A DNA stretch of 27,447 bases, taken from the IMG/VR virus record IMGVR_UViG_3300008107_000471, positions 1-27,447 of that record; one strand, written 5' to 3'. A program made the position numbers and the translations under genes. The first letter of the stretch is position 1, and each line of letters starts with the position of its first letter. Origin of the DNA: a virus. Lineage: Duplodnaviria; Caudoviricetes. The notes beneath the pieces were generated by a model, which was not told the DNA's origin, did no database searches, and saw only the letters and a program-made list of their open reading frames with translations. Positions 15,933-27,447 of the stretch are shown piece after piece.

Positions 15933-16253
15933 ATGCAGCTTATCAGTACATCCGTGACAGGTGTCGGCAGTAGCTCTGTCGAGGCTGTGTCCTACTTCAC
16001 GAACCCGTTCAACATCGGTCTTGCTGCGGTTCTCACCGGGACAGCGACGTTCACGGTCGAGTACTCCCTCGATGATCCGATGGAGTACGGATATTCTGCC
16101 TCCAGCGCAAACTGGTTCCCCGTGACTGGCCTCTCCAGCGTGTCGGCATCGACGGCTGCTGCCCTGACGGTTCCCTGTCGCGCAGTTCGCGTGACGATTG
16201 CTTCTGGCACGGGTGCTGTTACTCTCTACGTCCAGCAGGCTGGCGTTCGCTAA
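15933..16253 (+). CDS. Putative virion structural protein
   Basis: 106 aa, Ser/Thr/Val-rich beta sandwich (TFTVEYSLDD...W...AVRVTI.SGTGAVTL); tightly packed in the operon. Confidence 0.6.
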   Translation: MQLISTSVTGVGSSSVEAVSYFTNPFNIGLAAVLTGTATFTVEYSLDDPMEYGYSASSANWFPVTGLSSVSASTAAALTVPCRAVRVTIASGTGAVTLYVQQAGVR

Positions 16254-16262
16254 GAGGTAGCC

Positions 16263-16958
16263 ATGTCCACCAGCGGCACATACACCTTCAATCCGTCGCT
16301 GGGCGAACTGACCCTGTATGCGTTCAACCTGTGTGGGATCAGGAACACAGCCCTGCTTCAGGAACACATGGAATCGGCTCGGATGGCATCGAACCTGATG
16401 CTGTCCCGCTGGTCCAACCAAGGTGTGAACCTGTGGAAGGTTGATCTCGTCACGCAGGCTCTGACAACTGGGACATCCACATACAGCGTCGATGCGGATA
16501 CGGTTGTGATCCTCGACGCCTATGTGACTGTCAACCAGTCTGGCAGCGACATTGATCGCATCATCATGCCGATCAGCCGCACGGAGTACGCAAGCTATCC
16601 CAACAAGGAGCAGCAGGGCTTCCCGACTGTCTTCTGGTTCGATAGGCTCTTGTCTCCTACGGTCACGATCTGGCCTGTTCCAGATACGTCTACTGGCCCA
16701 CAGTATCTCAAGTACTACAGAGTCAGGCGCATCGAGGACTCCAACTTCACCAATGGTCAGCAGCTAGACATCCCGTATCTTTGGATGGAATGCTACGCAT
16801 ATGGTCTAGCGCAGCGTCTTGCGATGGTTTGGGCTCCTGATAAGGTTGCGCTGCTGAAGCCTATGGCTGATGAAGCTTATGCAATTGCTGCTGATCAGAA
16901 CATCGAGACCGCGCAGCAGTACATTTCTCCGATGGTTTCTGGATACTTCCGTCCGTAA
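16263..16958 (+). CDS. Putative head-tail adaptor / tail tubular protein
   Basis: MSTSGTYTFN, AR...NLMLSRWSNQGVNLW, ISRTEYAS.PNK...G.P...W.DR, IWPVPD and AYGLA.RLA motifs; structural context. Confidence 0.65.
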   Translation: MSTSGTYTFNPSLGELTLYAFNLCGIRNTALLQEHMESARMASNLMLSRWSNQGVNLWKVDLVTQALTTGTSTYSVDADTVVILDAYVTVNQSGSDIDRIIMPISRTEYASYPNKEQQGFPTVFWFDRLLSPTVTIWPVPDTSTGPQYLKYYRVRRIEDSNFTNGQQLDIPYLWMECYAYGLAQRLAMVWAPDKVALLKPMADEAYAIAADQNIETAQQYISPMVSGYFRP

Positions 16959-16967
16959 GGAGGCGTC

Positions 16968-19545
<2,578 letters not shown>

Positions 19546-19549
19546 AGCC

Positions 19550-21898
19550 ATGATTGTCCCCGGCTCCGCAAATGCTCTGCTTCTTTCTCAGGGTGGATAC
19601 CAGATCCAGAACTCGCTGCGCTTCCGCGCGAGCAACAGCGCGTACCTGTCGCGCAGCTTTGGCAGCCCGACATCCAACATCAAGTGGACTTGGTCTGGCT
19701 GGATCAAGCGAGGCGCGCTAGGATCGCAGCAGATATTTTGTGGTGGAGACGGGTCGAGTAACAATTTCTTTGCTGTCACTTACACCGCCAGCGACACAAT
19801 CCAGATCTCGCAGATAGCTAGTGGCGCGTACAACTTACAGATGGCGACGACTGCCGTCTTTCGTGACCCGAGCGCGTGGTATCACCTCGTCGTGATCTAC
19901 GACAGCGCCAACGCCACCAGCACAGACCGCATCCAGATCTACGTCAACAATTCGCGACAAACTGTCAGCTATTCAACGGGTCCGTTTGGCGCGTCCACCG
20001 CATGTCAATGGAATGTGTCGGGCCGCACTCACTACCTGAGAAAGCTGGACTATGCTGCGCTCTATGGAGACATGTACGCAGCCAACGAGACCTTCATAGA
20101 CGGCCAAGCCCTGACGCCCTCCAGTTTCGGCCAGACCGACGCCACGACCGGCGTGTGGGTTCCGAAGGCGTACTCTGGCACCTATGGCAACAACGGTTTC
20201 TTCCTTCAGTTCAAGGATGCCGCCAGCACCACGACCATCGGCTACGACACCTCTGGCAACTCCAACAACTTCACCACCAGCGGCATCTCGGTGACGAGCG
20301 GCGTCACGTTCGACCAGATGACCGACACGCCGACGAACAATTATTGTGTCCTTAGCCCGATCAACAAATCTACCGCAGGCGGGACCGTCAAGAATGCTAA
20401 CCTCACTTGGAATTCCGGTGGGGGCGGGGCTGCTTTCTATCTGGTGCAAAGCACGTTCGTGCTTTCAGGGAAGTGCTACTGGGAATACGTCGTTCCAGCT
20501 TCTATTACATTTCCGCGCCCCGGAATCATGCGGGCAGATCAATCTCCGCCATCCAGCGGAGCTTCATACTGGCCGGGCGGCGCCTCTGGCCCAGCCAATG
20601 CCGTTGGGTATGTCTGCGGCGATGGTGATGTCTACGTCGGAGGAGTTGCCGTTGTTACAGGAGCAACTCCGTCTGCTGGCGACATCATCATGTTCGCGTT
20701 TGACGCCGCTACCGGCGAGCTTTGGGTTGGACGCAACGGAACGTGGCTCAATTCTGGTGACCCCGCCGCTGGAACTGGAGAAGTCACCACGGTCTCGCTG
20801 TCGTATAGCTGGGTGGCAACGGTGTGCGATGCGTCTACGCAAGACGCGGATATCAACTTCGGCCAGCGTGCCTTCGCCTACACCCCGCCCAGCAACTTCA
20901 AGGCGCTGAACACCGCGAACCTATCGGTTCCGACGATCAAGAAGCCCGCGCTCTACATGGACGCCACGCTGCGTACTGGCACGGGCGCGACGGCAAGTGT
21001 GTCTTCGCTGAGCTTCCAGCCTGACCTTGTGTGGACTAAAAGCCGCAGCGCAGCAACCAACAACAATCTTTTTGATAGCGTTCGAGGAGTACAAAACGGC
21101 ATAGTGTCTAATTCTACAGCAATTGAATACTCAGACGCTAATACCCTAACAGCATTTAACAGCAATGGCTATACATATGGTAGCGATGCTTCTTCGCGCG
21201 GAGTCAACATCAACACCAATACTTATGTTGATTGGGTGTGGAAGAAGGGTGTAACACCCGGATTTGATATAGTAACTTGGACTGCTGACGGAACATCTCC
21301 AAGAAATATTTCTCATTCACTTGGAGCTGTCCCCAAATTCATAATTACGAAGCAGCGTTCTCCTAATGCTGAAAATTGGTTTACATACCATTCGGAGATG
21401 GGGGCAACAAAAAATTTGCGTCTTGATGAGTCTGTTGCTGCTCAAACGCAAATAGGCGCATGGAACGATACTGCTCCTACCTCCACTCAATTTACAACTG
21501 GAAATTTTGCAAACTTTACTACAAACGGAAACACTCTAGTCGCTTATCTCTTCGCCGAGATATCCGGCTTCTCCAAGTTCGGCAGCTACGTCGGAAATTC
21601 CAGCTCTGACGGACCATTTGTGTGGTGCGGATTCCGACCAAAATGGATTTTTCTCAAAGGGCAGAACATCGCCACTTCTTGGAGGCAGTACGACGCCGCG
21701 CGGATGCCAAACAATGAAGCCAAGTCGCCGCTGTATTTCAATGCAGCCAACGCCGAGTCGGCGGAAGCTAACGGCATCGATATTCTTTCAAATGGCTTCA
21801 AGTTGAGATGGTCTGATAACGTAATCAACGGAAGTGGCAGCACATACATTTTCGCTGCGTTTGCCGAGGCTCCATTCAAGTATGCGAGGGCAAGATGA
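19550..21898 (+). CDS. Tail fibre / receptor-binding protein with LamG (ConA-like) and SPRY-like domains
   Basis: SLRF...YLSR...WTWSGWIKRG...FRDPSAWYHLVV (LamG); GKCYWEY...GDIIMFAFD...LWVGRNGTW...NFGQR.F...PS.FKAL (SPRY); then FQPDLVW.KSR, GFSKFGSY.GN and GFRP.W repeats. Confidence 0.8.
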   Translation: MIVPGSANALLLSQGGYQIQNSLRFRASNSAYLSRSFGSPTSNIKWTWSGWIKRGALGSQQIFCGGDGSSNNFFAVTYTASDTIQISQIASGAYNLQMATTAVFRDPSAWYHLVVIYDSANATSTDRIQIYVNNSRQTVSYSTGPFGASTACQWNVSGRTHYLRKLDYAALYGDMYAANETFIDGQALTPSSFGQTDATTGVWVPKAYSGTYGNNGFFLQFKDAASTTTIGYDTSGNSNNFTTSGISVTSGVTFDQMTDTPTNNYCVLSPINKSTAGGTVKNANLTWNSGGGGAAFYLVQSTFVLSGKCYWEYVVPASITFPRPGIMRADQSPPSSGASYWPGGASGPANAVGYVCGDGDVYVGGVAVVTGATPSAGDIIMFAFDAATGELWVGRNGTWLNSGDPAAGTGEVTTVSLSYSWVATVCDASTQDADINFGQRAFAYTPPSNFKALNTANLSVPTIKKPALYMDATLRTGTGATASVSSLSFQPDLVWTKSRSAATNNNLFDSVRGVQNGIVSNSTAIEYSDANTLTAFNSNGYTYGSDASSRGVNINTNTYVDWVWKKGVTPGFDIVTWTADGTSPRNISHSLGAVPKFIITKQRSPNAENWFTYHSEMGATKNLRLDESVAAQTQIGAWNDTAPTSTQFTTGNFANFTTNGNTLVAYLFAEISGFSKFGSYVGNSSSDGPFVWCGFRPKWIFLKGQNIATSWRQYDAARMPNNEAKSPLYFNAANAESAEANGIDILSNGFKLRWSDNVINGSGSTYIFAAFAEAPFKYARAR

Positions 21899-22224
21899 GA
21901 TTTTCTCTTCCAGATGGTCAGGTCGTAAGAATTGATCAGTCGTTCGTAATGAACGAGATTCAATATCCGCCAAACTGGATTCGCTCAATGAGCGTAATTG
22001 AGCGAATTGAATTTGGCGCAATAGAATTGCCAGAAGATAATGTGCCTGAACCGACTCCATATGTTCCTACTGCTATGGATGAAATTAGAAATTTAGAAGC
22101 TTTGGTCACTCCTCGCAGGCTTCGTGAAGCCGTTCTGACAGAGGATGGTAAGGCTTGGCTTTCTGGAGTTGAATCACAAATTGCTGCACTAAGGTCTTCT
22201 ATTTCTGGAAATAATGTGACATGA
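21895..22224 (+). CDS. Putative tail fibre assembly / accessory protein
   Basis: ATGA overlap with the fibre gene; QYP.NW motif and C-terminal I..LE...TPRRLREA helix. Confidence 0.5.
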   Translation: MRFSLPDGQVVRIDQSFVMNEIQYPPNWIRSMSVIERIEFGAIELPEDNVPEPTPYVPTAMDEIRNLEALVTPRRLREAVLTEDGKAWLSGVESQIAALRSSISGNNVT

Positions 22225-23303
22225 AAATTTGCGTTTATGCAATTAGCAAAAATGAAAAGCACTTTGTCGAGCGTTTTTGCAACTCGGCAAGTGATGCGGA
22301 TTTGATTCTGATTGCAGACACAGGAAGCACGGATGAAACGGCTGAAGAAGCTGTAAGGTGCGGGGCAATCGTTCACGACATCTGCATCACACCTTGGCGA
22401 TTCGATCTGGCGCGGAATGCTGCCCTCGCCTTGATCCCTCGCGACATCGACATCTGCATCAGCCTTGATCTAGACGAGGTCATGGAACCGGGCTGGCGCG
22501 AAGAGATCGAGCGTGTGTGGAAGCTGGGAGAGACCACTCGCCTCCGATACATGTTTGACTGGGGATGCGGCATCAAGTTCATGTACGAGAAGATCCACGC
22601 TCGTCATGGCTATCGCTGGCATCATCCCTGCCATGAGTATCCCGTGCCAGATGGTCGCATCACCGAGAACTGGGCGCAGACAGAGAAGCTTTTGGTCAGC
22701 CATCATCCTGACCCGACCAAGAGCCGGGGGCAGTACCTCGACCTGCTTTCCCTGTCCGTGCAGGAAGATCCTGACTGCCCGCGCAATGGCTTCTACTACG
22801 CTCGCGAACTGACGTTCCACGCTCTCTGGGACGATGCCATCAAGGCTCTGAAGAGCTATCTGGACCTTCCGGGCGCGACATGGCCCAACGAGCGGTGCTA
22901 TGCGATGCGCCTGCTCGGGAAGTCCTACAACGAGCTAGGTGACCAGTATCAGGCAGAGCATTGGTACGTCCGTGCGGCGGCAGAGGCTCCCAACACGCGC
23001 GAGCCTTGGTGCGAGCTTGCCATGCTGATGTACCGGCAGAGTCGATGGGAGGAGTGCTTCGCCTTCTCGATGCGCGCCCTGAAGATCGTCAATCGCGATC
23101 TGGTCTACACTTGCGATCCAGAGGTCTGGGGGCATTGGCCGCACGATCTGGCGAGCATCTCCGCTTGGCAGATTGGTATGCATCAGGTCGCTTTGGAGCA
23201 AGCGAAGCTTGCCGTCGAGAAGACGCCCAATGATCTTCGACTCGTCGGCAATTTGCGGTATATCGAAGACCACATGGCAAACCCAGAGAAGAAGGTAGCC
23301 TAG
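22221..23303 (+). CDS. Glycosyltransferase family 2 with C-terminal TPR repeats
   Basis: KICVYAISKNE, ADTGSTD.T, F..ARN.AL, SLDLDE (DxD), W...CHE; TPR-like helices (FYYARE, LGKSY..LG...AE.WY..A, P..RE). Confidence 0.9.
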   Translation: MKICVYAISKNEKHFVERFCNSASDADLILIADTGSTDETAEEAVRCGAIVHDICITPWRFDLARNAALALIPRDIDICISLDLDEVMEPGWREEIERVWKLGETTRLRYMFDWGCGIKFMYEKIHARHGYRWHHPCHEYPVPDGRITENWAQTEKLLVSHHPDPTKSRGQYLDLLSLSVQEDPDCPRNGFYYARELTFHALWDDAIKALKSYLDLPGATWPNERCYAMRLLGKSYNELGDQYQAEHWYVRAAAEAPNTREPWCELAMLMYRQSRWEECFAFSMRALKIVNRDLVYTCDPEVWGHWPHDLASISAWQIGMHQVALEQAKLAVEKTPNDLRLVGNLRYIEDHMANPEKKVA

Positions 23304-23307
23304 TGTC

Positions 23308-23541
23308 ATGGAACTCCAGTCCCTGCTGAACATTGGTGTTGGCGTTGTTTTGGCGGGAGTGGGCTGGTTCTCTCGTCAGATTTGGGAAGCCGTCAACGAG
23401 CTTCGCAGGGATGTGCATGAGATTGAAGTTGATCTTCCAAAAAGCTATGTTCGCAAAGATGAATTTGCAGAAAGCGTAAGGGAGATCAAGGCAATGCTTG
23501 AGAAGATATTTGACAAGCTAGATAGCAAGGTTGACAAGTGA
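23308..23541 (+). CDS. Small membrane-anchored coiled-coil protein (holin/antiholin-like)
   Basis: One N-terminal TM (LLNIGVGVVLAGVGWF) followed by LP..YV.K.EF...I...L.KIFDKLD.K.DK. Confidence 0.6.
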   Translation: MELQSLLNIGVGVVLAGVGWFSRQIWEAVNELRRDVHEIEVDLPKSYVRKDEFAESVREIKAMLEKIFDKLDSKVDK

Positions 23542-23942
23542 CAGAGCCTGTCAGCGGAGCAGCTAGCGGCTTTGCACTTGGCAAAGCTTTAACGGCTACT
23601 GCGGGCTTCTTTGGAGGTCTTTCGGTGTCGTTCTTCTGGCAGCCGAAGAAGCTTCACCAGTACGGAAAGCTTGCCGCTGGTGCAATCGTTGGCGGAATCG
23701 CTGTTGCCGCATCCATCACTCTGGGTGGAATTGTCTCTCACTACATAGGCATCGACGTAAACAATGCCGATGCTGCTCTTGCAGTCGGATATGTCATTGG
23801 CGTCATGTCTGTGTTTGTCCTAAGCATACTTGTGAATTTCTTTGAGAAGAAGGAAGACAAAGATATATTTGAGGTTGCCTCTGATGTTAAGTCCATGAGC
23901 AGGAATTTGCGGTCAAAGCCCCCTAAGAGGAGGCGAAATTGA
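23538..23942 (+). CDS. Membrane protein, 3 TM, holin-like
   Basis: GTG start overlapping the previous stop; three hydrophobic segments and a basic C-terminus (KPPKRRRN). Confidence 0.55.
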   Translation: MTEPVSGAASGFALGKALTATAGFFGGLSVSFFWQPKKLHQYGKLAAGAIVGGIAVAASITLGGIVSHYIGIDVNNADAALAVGYVIGVMSVFVLSILVNFFEKKEDKDIFEVASDVKSMSRNLRSKPPKRRRN

Positions 23943-24292
23943 GCGTAGAAACTATTGGATTTTCTGTTCTAACCATTACAAACATAACTGCTGTTTGCAT
24001 CATATTTGCCGGCGCTCTTCGCGAGAAGATGCGTCTATATCCGACTTGGCACAAGATTGGACTTCTTGTTGCGGCACTTGGTCTTTCGGCGCAGGCTTTC
24101 AGGAACATTCAGTTCTTGATGACCGGAGTTTCTCCGTCCGACACGGACATGCCGCTATGGGCTCTGAAAGATGTGGGAATTAGTATTGTCGCCTTTGGCT
24201 ACCTATATCTTGCTGCAACTGGCAAGTATCCTGCTACGATAGAGAAAATTCATCACAAGCCTGCTACAAAGAAAACTAGGAGGAAGAAATAA
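23939..24292 (+). CDS. Membrane protein, 3 TM
   Basis: TTG start after GAGGAGG; three hydrophobic segments and a basic C-terminus (KKTRRKK). Confidence 0.55.
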   Translation: MSVETIGFSVLTITNITAVCIIFAGALREKMRLYPTWHKIGLLVAALGLSAQAFRNIQFLMTGVSPSDTDMPLWALKDVGISIVAFGYLYLAATGKYPATIEKIHHKPATKKTRRKK

Positions 24293-24810
24293 TGGACTTT
24301 ATGAAGATCATTGGTGCCGTCGCGCCCAGCCTTGCGACCGCTGTTGGTGGTCCGATTGGAGGCATGGCGGCCAAGTTCATCACGGATGCGCTTGGCATTC
24401 CCAACGATTCGTCCAAGGACGACATCGCCAAGGCAGTCAACAATGCCACGCCAGATCAGCTTCTGGCTCTGAAGAAGGCAGAGAACGACTTCACCGTTCG
24501 CATGAAGGAGCTTGATATTGATCTGGAGCGGATCGCATCCAGCGACAGGGATAGCGCGCGCCGCCGCGAGTCTCAGGTCAGAGACTGGATGCCCCGCATC
24601 CTCGCTTTCGTCATTGTGGCCGGTTTCATGGGAACGGTCTTCATGGTGCTGCTTGGTTACGTCGAGGGCATGAAAGATCCCTTGATGGCAACCACAGTCG
24701 GAACTCTGATCGGCTTCGTTTCTGCAAAAGCTGAGCAGGTCATCGCTTACTATTTTGGCAGCAGCAACAGCAGTCAGCAGAAGACTGCTCTTCTCGCGGA
24801 GAAGAGGTGA
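24292..24810 (+). CDS. Holin-like membrane protein
   Basis: AP.LATA.GGP.GG N-terminus, DRDSAR.RE, two C-terminal TMs and YYFGSS..S..K; directly upstream of the endolysin. Confidence 0.65.
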   Translation: MDFMKIIGAVAPSLATAVGGPIGGMAAKFITDALGIPNDSSKDDIAKAVNNATPDQLLALKKAENDFTVRMKELDIDLERIASSDRDSARRRESQVRDWMPRILAFVIVAGFMGTVFMVLLGYVEGMKDPLMATTVGTLIGFVSAKAEQVIAYYFGSSNSSQQKTALLAEKR

Positions 24811-25415
24811 TGCGTAGCTTTCATGGCGAGGCGCGGAAGATCACCACAGATGAGATCGACGCTCTCGCCAACCATCTGGAGATCGAGCCTGCTGCCTTTC
24901 GTGCGGTGATTGCCGTCGAGGCTGCTGGCTCCGGGTATGATTCCAAGGGCAGGCCCAAAGCTCTCTTTGAGCGGCACTACTTCTACAAGTATGTCTTCGA
25001 CAGGCCGGTTCTTCTGGCGCGGGCTATGGAAGCTGGTCTTGCCTATAAGGCTTGGGGCATGAAGCCCTATCCAAAAGGTTCTGATGCGGTCTACGACGAG
25101 ATCCAGCGGGCCTGCGAGATCGATGAACATGCCGCCCTCATGTCTACGTCATGGGGGCTAGGTCAGATCATGGGATCGAACTTTCGGATGGCTGGGTGCA
25201 AGTCTGTTGAGGATATGGTTGACGAAGCTATGGCATCCGAAGCCAACCAGCTTCGACACATGGGCGAATTCATCCGAAGTGCCAATCTGATCCGTCCCCT
25301 GAAGTTCAAGGATTGGGCGGCATTCGCCAAGGGCTACAATGGCCCCGGCTACGCACGGAATGCCTATGACACGAAGCTTGCGGAGGCTTATACGAGGCTA
25401 TCCGCAAAGACTTGA
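24810..25415 (+). CDS. Endolysin, N-acetylmuramidase (DUF3380-type)
   Basis: AVIAVEAAGSG...RPKALFERHYF...AALMSTSWGLGQIMGSN...W..FAKGYNGPGY..N.YD.KL; TGATG coupling (GTG at 24807 is an alternative start). Confidence 0.9.
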   Translation: MRSFHGEARKITTDEIDALANHLEIEPAAFRAVIAVEAAGSGYDSKGRPKALFERHYFYKYVFDRPVLLARAMEAGLAYKAWGMKPYPKGSDAVYDEIQRACEIDEHAALMSTSWGLGQIMGSNFRMAGCKSVEDMVDEAMASEANQLRHMGEFIRSANLIRPLKFKDWAAFAKGYNGPGYARNAYDTKLAEAYTRLSAKT

Positions 25416-25448
25416 AGCTGCTAGACTGAGGGGGAAACGGAGCCGCAG

Positions 25449-26165
25449 ATGACAACCGGCCTTACCTACACTCAGTATGTGACGCAGATCGCTACCTTGG
25501 CTGTGGTCGAGGAGACTGATCCTGCGTTCGTGACGATCCTTCCGCAGATGATCACCTATGCGGAGAACAGGATCTATCGCGATCTTGACTTCCTGTTTAC
25601 TTCAATTGCCAACACAAGTTACGGAACAACAGTTGGCAGTAGGCAGATCAGCGTTCCGTCAGGTACGTTTGTCGTGCCGGAACAGATCAATATCATCACT
25701 CCAGCGGGAACCAGCAATCCAGACCTTGGCACTAGGAACTCCCTGCTCCCATGCACCAAGGAGTTCCTCGACATCGTTTATGGATCTGCATCTAACACGG
25801 GGCTTCCGCGATACTTCTGTCCGTTCGATGACTACACATTCCTGCTTGGTCCGTATCCAGATGCCGCCTACACGGTGGAGATCATCGGAACCTACAGGCC
25901 AAATAGCCTTGCGGCTGGCAATCCAACCACATTCATCAGCCTGTATCTCCCCGATCTGATGATCATGGCGAGCATGATCTATGTCTCTGGATACCAGAGG
26001 AACTTTGGTCGCGCCAATGATGATCCTCAGATGGCTATCAGCTACGAGAGCCAGTATCAGGCTCTTCTGAAGGGTGCGATGGCGGAAGAGAACCGCAAGA
26101 AGTTTGAGGCTGCTGCTTGGTCGTCGCAGTCTCAGTCTGCGACTGCGACTCCGACGCGAGGCTGA
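25449..26165 (+). CDS. Putative tail adaptor / tubular protein
   Basis: LTY..Y...I..AENRIYRDLD...G.PRYF...LGPYPD..Y.VE...PDL...S; precedes the nozzle gene. Confidence 0.6.
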   Translation: MTTGLTYTQYVTQIATLAVVEETDPAFVTILPQMITYAENRIYRDLDFLFTSIANTSYGTTVGSRQISVPSGTFVVPEQINIITPAGTSNPDLGTRNSLLPCTKEFLDIVYGSASNTGLPRYFCPFDDYTFLLGPYPDAAYTVEIIGTYRPNSLAAGNPTTFISLYLPDLMIMASMIYVSGYQRNFGRANDDPQMAISYESQYQALLKGAMAEENRKKFEAAAWSSQSQSATATPTRG

Positions 26166-26167
26166 TC

Positions 26168-27447
26168 ATGCCTCATGCCTCCTTCAAGCTCCTTCCGGGC
26201 GTCGATCAGAACAAGACGCCAGCCCTGAATGAAGCAGCGATCAGCGAAAGCCAACTGATCAGGTTTGTTCCTGATCGGACGCTTGGCGGTCTCGTTCAGA
26301 AGCTTGGCGGGTGGACGAAGTTCTTCCCCGACACCATCGGCAGCATCGTTCGCTGCCTATGGGCATGGGAGGACACGAATGCGAATTCGTACCTTGCCAT
26401 TGGCGCGGAGGGCATTGCCGCTGGTGGTGGTCAAGCACTTGAGGTGATCAACAGCGGGGTTGAGATCGACATTACTCCTCAGACTGTGGAATCTGATGCT
26501 GCGGTTGACTTTTCCACAACATCTGGAAGCAGTACAGTTACGGTTATTGATGCAAACTTTACGGTTGATGCATATGATGTAGTCAATATACAAACTCAAG
26601 TTAGTGTTGGTGGGCTTATTCTTTTTGGTCAATATGCCGTTACTCCGGTAAGCTCAACGTCATATACAATTGAGGCTAGGGATGCTCTTGGCTCCCATTC
26701 ATTTGCCACATCTACTGTTTCAAATGGCGGGGCGGTTCCAGAATATGATACAACAAGCGGAAGTGATTTTGTTGATGTGACTCTTGCGGATCATGGATAT
26801 GTGACTGGAAGTACGTTTACCGCTCTTGTCGCAACATCTGTTGGCGGAGTTACAATTTATGGCAATTACACAGTAATTTCTGTAACCAGCAGTAGTGTGT
26901 TTACAATATCAGCAAGTACGCAGGCAACGTCTACTGCTAATGCTCTTGAAAATAACGGCGATGTTCATTTTCTATATCTTAATGGAGTTGGGCCAGTTCC
27001 AAGTGGATCTGGATTTGGCGTAGGTGGCTTTGGTGTTGGAGGATTTGGAAGCGGTATTGCTCCGTCTCCAGACCTCGGAACTCCTATAAATGCCGTGGAT
27101 TGGACAATAGACAATTGGGGTGAAATACTAATTTCTTGCCCGCTCAATGGACCAATTTATCAATGGAATCCATCTAGCGGAGATTTGATTGCCATCGCAA
27201 TTGCAAATGCTCCTCCGGTTAACGCAGGAATGTTTGTTGCGATGCCGCAGCGACAAATTATCGCTTGGGGATCTACATTCACGGGCATTGGAGACCCTCT
27301 TCTCATACGTTGGTGCGATGTAAACGATTACGATTCATGGATTGCCTTGATCACCAATCAGGCTGGCTCCTATCGCATTCCCAAAGGATCTCGCATCGTT
27401 CAATGCATTCAGGGTCCGCAGCAGGGATTGATTTGGACGGATCTTGG
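26168..27447 (+). CDS. Tail nozzle / DNA stabilisation protein (P22 gp10-like beta-propeller), 3'-truncated
   Basis: Absent from the ORF track because there is no stop in the window. ATG at 26168 reads MPHASFKLLPGVDQNKT...IRF...QKLGGW...WTIDNWGEILI...DPLLIRWCD...W...TNQAGSYRI..GSRIV...LIWTD; start and end are in the same frame. Confidence 0.75.
   Translation, partial: MPHASFKLLPGVDQNKTPALNEAAISESQLIRFVPDRTLGGLVQKLGGWTKFFPDTIGSIVRCLWAWEDTNANSYLAIGAEGIAAGGGQALEVINSGVEIDITPQTVESDAAVDFSTTSGSSTVTVIDANFTVDAYDVVNIQTQVSVGGLILFGQYAVTPVSSTSYTIEARDALGSHSFATSTVSNGGAVPEYDTTSGSDFVDVTLADHGYVTGSTFTALVATSVGGVTIYGNYTVISVTSSSVFTISASTQATSTANALENNGDVHFLYLNGVGPVPSGSGFGVGGFGVGGFGSGIAPSPDLGTPINAVDWTIDNWGEILISCPLNGPIYQWNPSSGDLIAIAIANAPPVNAGMFVAMPQRQIIAWGSTFTGIGDPLLIRWCDVNDYDSWIALITNQAGSYRIPKGSRIVQCIQGPQQGLIWTDL

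Noticed and set aside
19550-21898. Diversity-generating retroelement target in the fibre gene
   Set aside because: No reverse transcriptase and no template/variable repeat pair differing at adenines was seen in the window.

Overview
This is a 27.4-kb, entirely plus-strand morphogenesis region of a tailed dsDNA phage. Its layout is short-tail (podovirus-like), and the host cannot be determined from the window. Gene order: 3' part of the portal; a block of putative virion-packaged 'polyvalent' enzyme proteins (GNAT, two ADP-ribosyltransferase-like domains, a Cys-His-Asp papain/transglutaminase-like domain, an HhH-glycosylase-like domain); a very basic Gly-Gly-repeat protein; GroES; scaffold; capsid genes; small basic proteins; adaptor; collagen-like and LamG/SPRY fibres; a GT2-TPR glycosyltransferase; four membrane/holin-like genes with a muramidase; and tail tube/nozzle genes. 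The most striking unexplained signal is a short motif, [FYMKR]-[AK]-x-G-G-x-[VA]. It recurs about 30 times across at least five genes and falls at the boundaries between enzyme domains, suggesting a Gly-Gly-tagged cargo packaging or polyprotein-processing system. Also notable: three structured intergenic RNA candidates (two with SD-engaging pseudoknots, all with CCCGG at an apical loop), an in-frame TGA in the portal, and a -1 frame break inside a polyvalent gene. All family calls come from reading motifs by eye; no searches were run.
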